A stretch of DNA of 23,338 nucleotides from Amoeboradix gromovi X-113 (Eukaryota; Fungi; Sanchytriomycota), in the NCBI GenBank assembly GCA_018985225.1, contig JADGIF010000075.1:1-23338 (forward strand). Direction: 5' to 3'. A program made the translations under genes and the position numbers. Positions 19,069-23,338 of the stretch are shown piece by piece. A model generated the notes under the pieces. It ran no database searches. It was not told where the DNA came from and saw only the letters and a list, made by a program, of their open reading frames with translations. The first letter of the stretch is position 1. Each line of letters starts with the position of its first letter.

Positions 19069-19422
19069 TTATTCCTTGTCTGTATGCTCATATATATAGC
19101 TCAATCGTTTGTAACTTTGGTGCATATAATAAAAGTATTGCTTAGCATTAACATAATTATTTAGGAAATCTGAGTTCATAATATCCCTAAATTCCTCTGA
19201 CAGCAGAGCTCTTCTAAAATACAAAGCGTGCGGATACTGTACATATTTTCTGTACGGTTCTTTCTCAAAGTATCCTAAATATTCCAAGTACTTAATAAAC
19301 TTGGGATTGCTAAGGTAGTCTGCTTGGCTTAGAAAAGTCAAATACCTCGGATTAGCTAAGCAACTCAGAAACTCCAACTCTGCTGAAAACCTGTCTTCTT
19401 GCTCGTTCTCCAGTGGTTCCAT
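19069..19422 (-). CDS. MED31: Mediator subunit Med31 (Soh1)
   Basis: RFSAELEFLSCLANPRYLTFL...FIKYLEYL.YF...PY.KYVQYPHAL...L.EEFR. Confidence 0.96.
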   Translation of the reverse strand: MEPLENEQEDRFSAELEFLSCLANPRYLTFLSQADYLSNPKFIKYLEYLGYFEKEPYRKYVQYPHALYFRRALLSEEFRDIMNSDFLNNYVNAKQYFYYMHQSYKRLSYIYEHTDKE

Positions 19423-19488
19423 GAAATGATCACGAAAAAAGTCATTAAAAATACCTACAACTTAATTTACTAGAATTCAATAAAAGTT

Positions 19489-20817
19489 TTATTTTCGGTT
19501 ATAAAACAAAACATATCCAGATACATTTTGATTTTCATAATTAATATAAACTTTTTCGTCATCAAAGACTACCCACTTATCATCAATGAGTATTGCTGTT
19601 GTATAATGTCCCGTTCCATACTTTCCAAAGTGATTTACAATACCGTAAAGTTCATATTTGCAGTTGCTTATAGAAATGGTCTTGTTCAACACAATAGATT
19701 CTAGAATCTTCGAAATGTTAAAGTTCAAATCAATTTTAAATCGCTTTAAATGCAAACATAATATGCCGGGTAGTTTCACTATCTGGTACCTCATTCTACT
19801 ACTCGTAGAATTACATTCATCACATTTATATGTTATTTGTTCGGATTTCAGTAAATCTTGAATTCCCTCTAATATACTACCGTTGCAATTAATGCTTAAG
19901 CCTAAAGACCTTTCTTTTGAGTTTGACTCATGATTGTTTTCGCATTTTAATGTTTTGTGTAATTCAACATTAAAGAGGTGCTCCAGTTTAGTAATATCAA
20001 CCAACTGGGTTAAAAGCTCATGTGCATCATGCTGCTCGTAACCCTTGAAGAGATCTGTTTGTTTATCAAGCTCTTGTTTAAAGCTTCTAGGCATTTCAGA
20101 CGAAGCAGACTGTATTTTCTTTCTAAACAAAGAATTCATTTCAAGCAGGACTGTGTTCTCAGATAAGGTAATCTCGCCCAATAGCTGTTTATTGAACATA
20201 AGAGCTATCAAAATTGAGTTCAGATAGCAGGTGTTGCCCATGTTAACAAATCCTTGAAAATCACTGAACATATGGTTGAATATCTTCATTTCTTTTATAA
20301 GTTCAGCCGGCTTCTCCTGAGTCATTTCAATAGACGGTAGTTCTGGTTCATATGGCATAATTTTACGTTTTTTTACTACAGTTTCTTGCTCTTCTAATAT
20401 TCTTTTGGATGAATCTAGACTTGCATCTGAAGGCTGTATTAATTCAACATCAACTTGTGGTGCTGCCGGATTGGATACTGTCAATTCGCTTCCAAGACCT
20501 TCGGAACTAATGGCAGCTGGTTCTGCACTTAAGTTATTCGTGATCGAACTAAAATTTCTTCTAATCTCAAGTATATGGCATAGAATCCTGTTTAAATCAC
20601 TTATTGGTAGATCACTAATAATTAGTTTACATGAAGGCCTTTTGGCAGTCAGAAATAGTCGATTTCTATCTATGGCGGCGTTAATGATGGAGGATATGTT
20701 TCTAGGATCAATTGATATGGAATGGCTCAAAAATATTAGCAGATTTCCTTGAATTTTTATTGAATTGATAGATATTTGCGATTCCTTTTTAACTCCTAGA
20801 AATCTTACAGAAAGCAT
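19489..20817 (-). CDS. Ubiquitin-specific protease (C19) with an N-terminal PH-like region (USP37-like architecture, tentative)
   Basis: GFVNMGNTCYLN, EQHDAHELL, LHLKRF, NHFG...GHY, WVVFDD, GYVLFY. First ATG is 20817 (20868 is TTG). Confidence 0.93.
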   Translation of the reverse strand: MLSVRFLGVKKESQISINSIKIQGNLLIFLSHSISIDPRNISSIINAAIDRNRLFLTAKRPSCKLIISDLPISDLNRILCHILEIRRNFSSITNNLSAEPAAISSEGLGSELTVSNPAAPQVDVELIQPSDASLDSSKRILEEQETVVKKRKIMPYEPELPSIEMTQEKPAELIKEMKIFNHMFSDFQGFVNMGNTCYLNSILIALMFNKQLLGEITLSENTVLLEMNSLFRKKIQSASSEMPRSFKQELDKQTDLFKGYEQHDAHELLTQLVDITKLEHLFNVELHKTLKCENNHESNSKERSLGLSINCNGSILEGIQDLLKSEQITYKCDECNSTSSRMRYQIVKLPGILCLHLKRFKIDLNFNISKILESIVLNKTISISNCKYELYGIVNHFGKYGTGHYTTAILIDDKWVVFDDEKVYINYENQNVSGYVLFYNRK

Positions 20818-20869
20818 CTGGGGACACACTGTAAAGACGAGACTAGGAGTTCGAAACAAATTTCTCAAA

Positions 20870-23338
20870 TACCGGGGACTCTTTGCAATAATAGATCCCG
20901 TATTCTATCACCTAATTTAAAATAGGAGACTATTTCATTGTCAACTCGGATCATATGCAGTATACGATACTGAAGCCTATAACCTGAAAATTTCTCTAGT
21001 TATATCGTAGCTTTCTCTATGAGTCCAATAGTCCCAATGATATAGACACTATACACAAGTTTTACTTGAAAAAGAACCTTTTTGCTCCACTGTATAACTA
21101 TTACAATGAAAGCCTTCCAATCCATTTCCGCCATCCATGTTTTGTACTCAATGGTCGCTAAGCAGAGGCTTTTACGGCAGATTTTGTCTCAATCGTGGTA
21201 AAAAACAAGTTTTATATCAATTCTTTTTGCGCTACAGAAAGGTTTTACTTCGCTAACACAATTGAAGGTGCCCATGACGGAATGAAGTAAACCCATATGA
21301 GGGGAACCAGTAGCTTCGTAGATTATAGCAGATCTTCTTGACGCCACCATGAGCTACTAGCTCACTGTCATGTGCTTTTCTGATCACTAACTGCACCAAA
21401 TGACTAGGAACAATTAGTTTTGTTCTCACAGTATCAGGACCCTTCCTCTTCTTTACTCTAGTAGTGTTTGAGTCTGTAGTGGAATCTCTCTCAGTTGTGA
21501 TTGCTGCTGCTCTTATATTACTATCGTCTTCAGTAACTAGATCTCTATTGAGATAGTTAGCAACTGGGTTGTTCTTACCCTTTACACACGATACTTAGAA
21601 GCCTAAATTTTGCATGATCAACTGCCATCGAGACAGCCTTCCCTTCTCTTCATGTTCCATAAGCCATCGTAGATTGCTATTATCTGTGAAAACAGTCACC
21701 GGTCCACCATAAAAATATGGCTTGAATTTATCAGGGCCTTAAATAACAGCATGTACTCTTTCTCGCAAGTGTCATACTTGCCTTCTGCAGGTGCTAGTGT
21801 CCTTGATGAGGACTAAACTGGCTATTCACCTTGTGTCAATACCGCAACAACACCATAGCTACTGGTATCAGTAAATATTGCAAATGGCTCACTATAGTCT
21901 GGATGCTTCACTACTGGAGACTCACATAAGGAACTCTTCAGCTTGTGATATGCTTCTTGACATGCACCAGTACATTGGAACCTTGCATTCTTTGATGTCA
22001 GCTTGGAGAATGGATTAGAAATACGCGCAAACTGATATAAAAAGTTGCGATAGTATGATACCGTGCCAATAAATCGTCGAATACCGCGCACAGTAGCTGA
22101 TGGTAGCATATTTCTGATTGCACTCACATTGGCATGGTCGACTTCGATGCACTTATCGCTGATAACATAGCCAAGATAACTCATACGTTGCATTCCAATG
22201 CTGCACTTTTTTGCTCTCAGCCTGAAGGAATACTTATTCGCGAAATGTGACTTGAATCTTTTTCTTGGTTGCTGCTCAGGCTCCAACCTTCGTCGAAATG
22301 ACTTGTAAAGTCCTGGGTGACATCATCGTAGATCATAGCATCCTGGTATGCAATCTTAATGTCTCTATATTTCTTAGAAGCAAGCTTCTCTTTGGTACTG
22401 TCACTATACAATCCACGTGTAAAGATAGCCACTGTAAAATCTGTACTGATTAGCTCAAACTCTTAACCATATCGCTCACGTGCCATATCGTTTACAAGAT
22501 TCATCTTTTTTGATAAGTAATGGTAGTATCGTGCGACATTCTGGTTCCTTCCTTTTGTACATTGCAAAAGTCTTGGATTGACTTCATATAAGCGCCTGGT
22601 TGGCGAAACTTTCTCAACAGTAATTCTTAAGCTCCTCGTACCTGGAACTGTCTCCTATGAGTACCATGAATGTTCGACCACGTACGCTATTGGCAAGCAT
22701 ATAGGTCTTCTCAGCTGAGATTAAATGATGTGGCCTTACTAGAGATCTCAATTGGTGGAGCCATTCGTCAATGCCCATAGACTAGTTTCGAGTAGACTTC
22801 TTCCCAAAGGCATTTAATATTTGTATCAAGATTTTGAATCTTAGCTGGTTCAGCGGACTCTGATGGTTTTTGATAGTATTCTAGTTACCATTCAAGTTAA
22901 TACCGAATGCATCATCTTGCGCTGACTCAGACTTTAATTGATTGTCTCATTTTTCTTGCTGTGTTCTTTGCTTTCTTTCTGAGGACTATCAATGGGTGTA
23001 ACTACTGTAGCTACCTGGCATATAGCCTGACATTTTTTCTTGTAATTCGGGAAATTTTGTTTGATATTTAACAAGGCCTGTGTTGCATTCTGTTTTCTGT
23101 TTAGTAAGTTAGACAATATATTAATCTCATGATTTTCAATGCTACTGCTCCTCTTCAGTGCAAGCTCTAATAAGTCATCATCCAATATACCAATATGCTC
23201 AAATGTAAATCTCTCAAATACGTTGAAATTTTTTGGGGGTATATCTCTATTTCATCTTGCACCTTCTAGACATTTAAGTTAACACCAATGTGACTACTAG
23301 GGCAACTTGAATCAAGCACAGTATTTTTATATACTATT
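20870..23338 (-). mobile_element. Degenerate, internally deleted Ty3/Gypsy LTR retrotransposon (gag, RT C-terminus, RNase H, integrase remnants)
   Basis: Gag-like IDEWLHQL...IFTRGLYS (~22300-22780); RT thumb KKC...YLGYVIS...RRFIGTVSYYRNF; RNase H FTDTSSYGVVAVLTQ...TVFTDN...RLSRWQ...KGKNNPVANYL; integrase AHDSELVAHGG...YWFP and FKLGDRI. Many stops and frameshifts. RT-RH-IN order indicates Gypsy. Confidence 0.93.
23275..23338 (-). repeat. Possible 5' LTR end (..CACA at 23289) and primer-binding site (TGGTG from 23287)
   Basis: Minus strand reads ...tagtcaca t tggtgttaac, about 15 nt before a gag-like ATG; TATA-like tatataaaaa lies upstream. No partner LTR is seen. Confidence 0.4.

Noticed and set aside
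3444-19422. Functional clustering of Med4, Med31, Tfc1 and LSm3
   Set aside because: Spread over 16 kb among unrelated genes; plausible by chance in a small housekeeping-rich genome.
22934-23185. 83-aa ORF as an independent gene
   Set aside because: TTG start; lies between the putative PBS and gag remnants, so probably decayed gag N-terminus.
1-23338. Stop-codon reassignment (TAR=Gln as in some aphelids) as an explanation for broken frames
   Set aside because: Conserved genes have no internal stops and end at TAA, TAG or TGA at the expected positions; broken frames also contain frameshifts.
1-23338. CRISPR arrays, tRNA, rRNA or prokaryotic defence systems
   Set aside because: No regularly spaced repeats or recognisable RNA genes seen; gene content is eukaryotic.

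Overview
Eukaryotic, AT-rich and extremely gene-dense DNA, most consistent with an early-diverging fungus (fungal-type Gti1/Pac2 WOPR factor; standard code, with TAA, TAG and TGA all used as stops). It holds about 14 almost intron-free genes: a CPA2 K+/H+ antiporter, a small hypothetical, Med4, a PRELI/Ups protein, TFIIIC Tfc1, Sgd1/NOM1, KGD1, an ADIP/SSX2IP-like coiled-coil protein, an atypical homeodomain protein, two USP deubiquitinases, WOPR, LSm3, a probable mitochondrial bL35 and Med31. Spacers are as short as 13 nt. Gaps between gene blocks hold transposon debris: a TIR/MITE family with 3-4 copies, an 87-bp dispersed repeat and an internally deleted Ty3/Gypsy element at the right end. 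The top finding is an apparent 19-nt GT-AG spliceosomal intron (16489-16507, minus strand) whose removal supplies the missing ATG and rebuilds a canonical USP Cys box. Other signs of compaction are AATAAA fused to stop codons and a TCC/CCC motif just upstream of many ATGs. All assignments are by eye from motifs; no searches were run.
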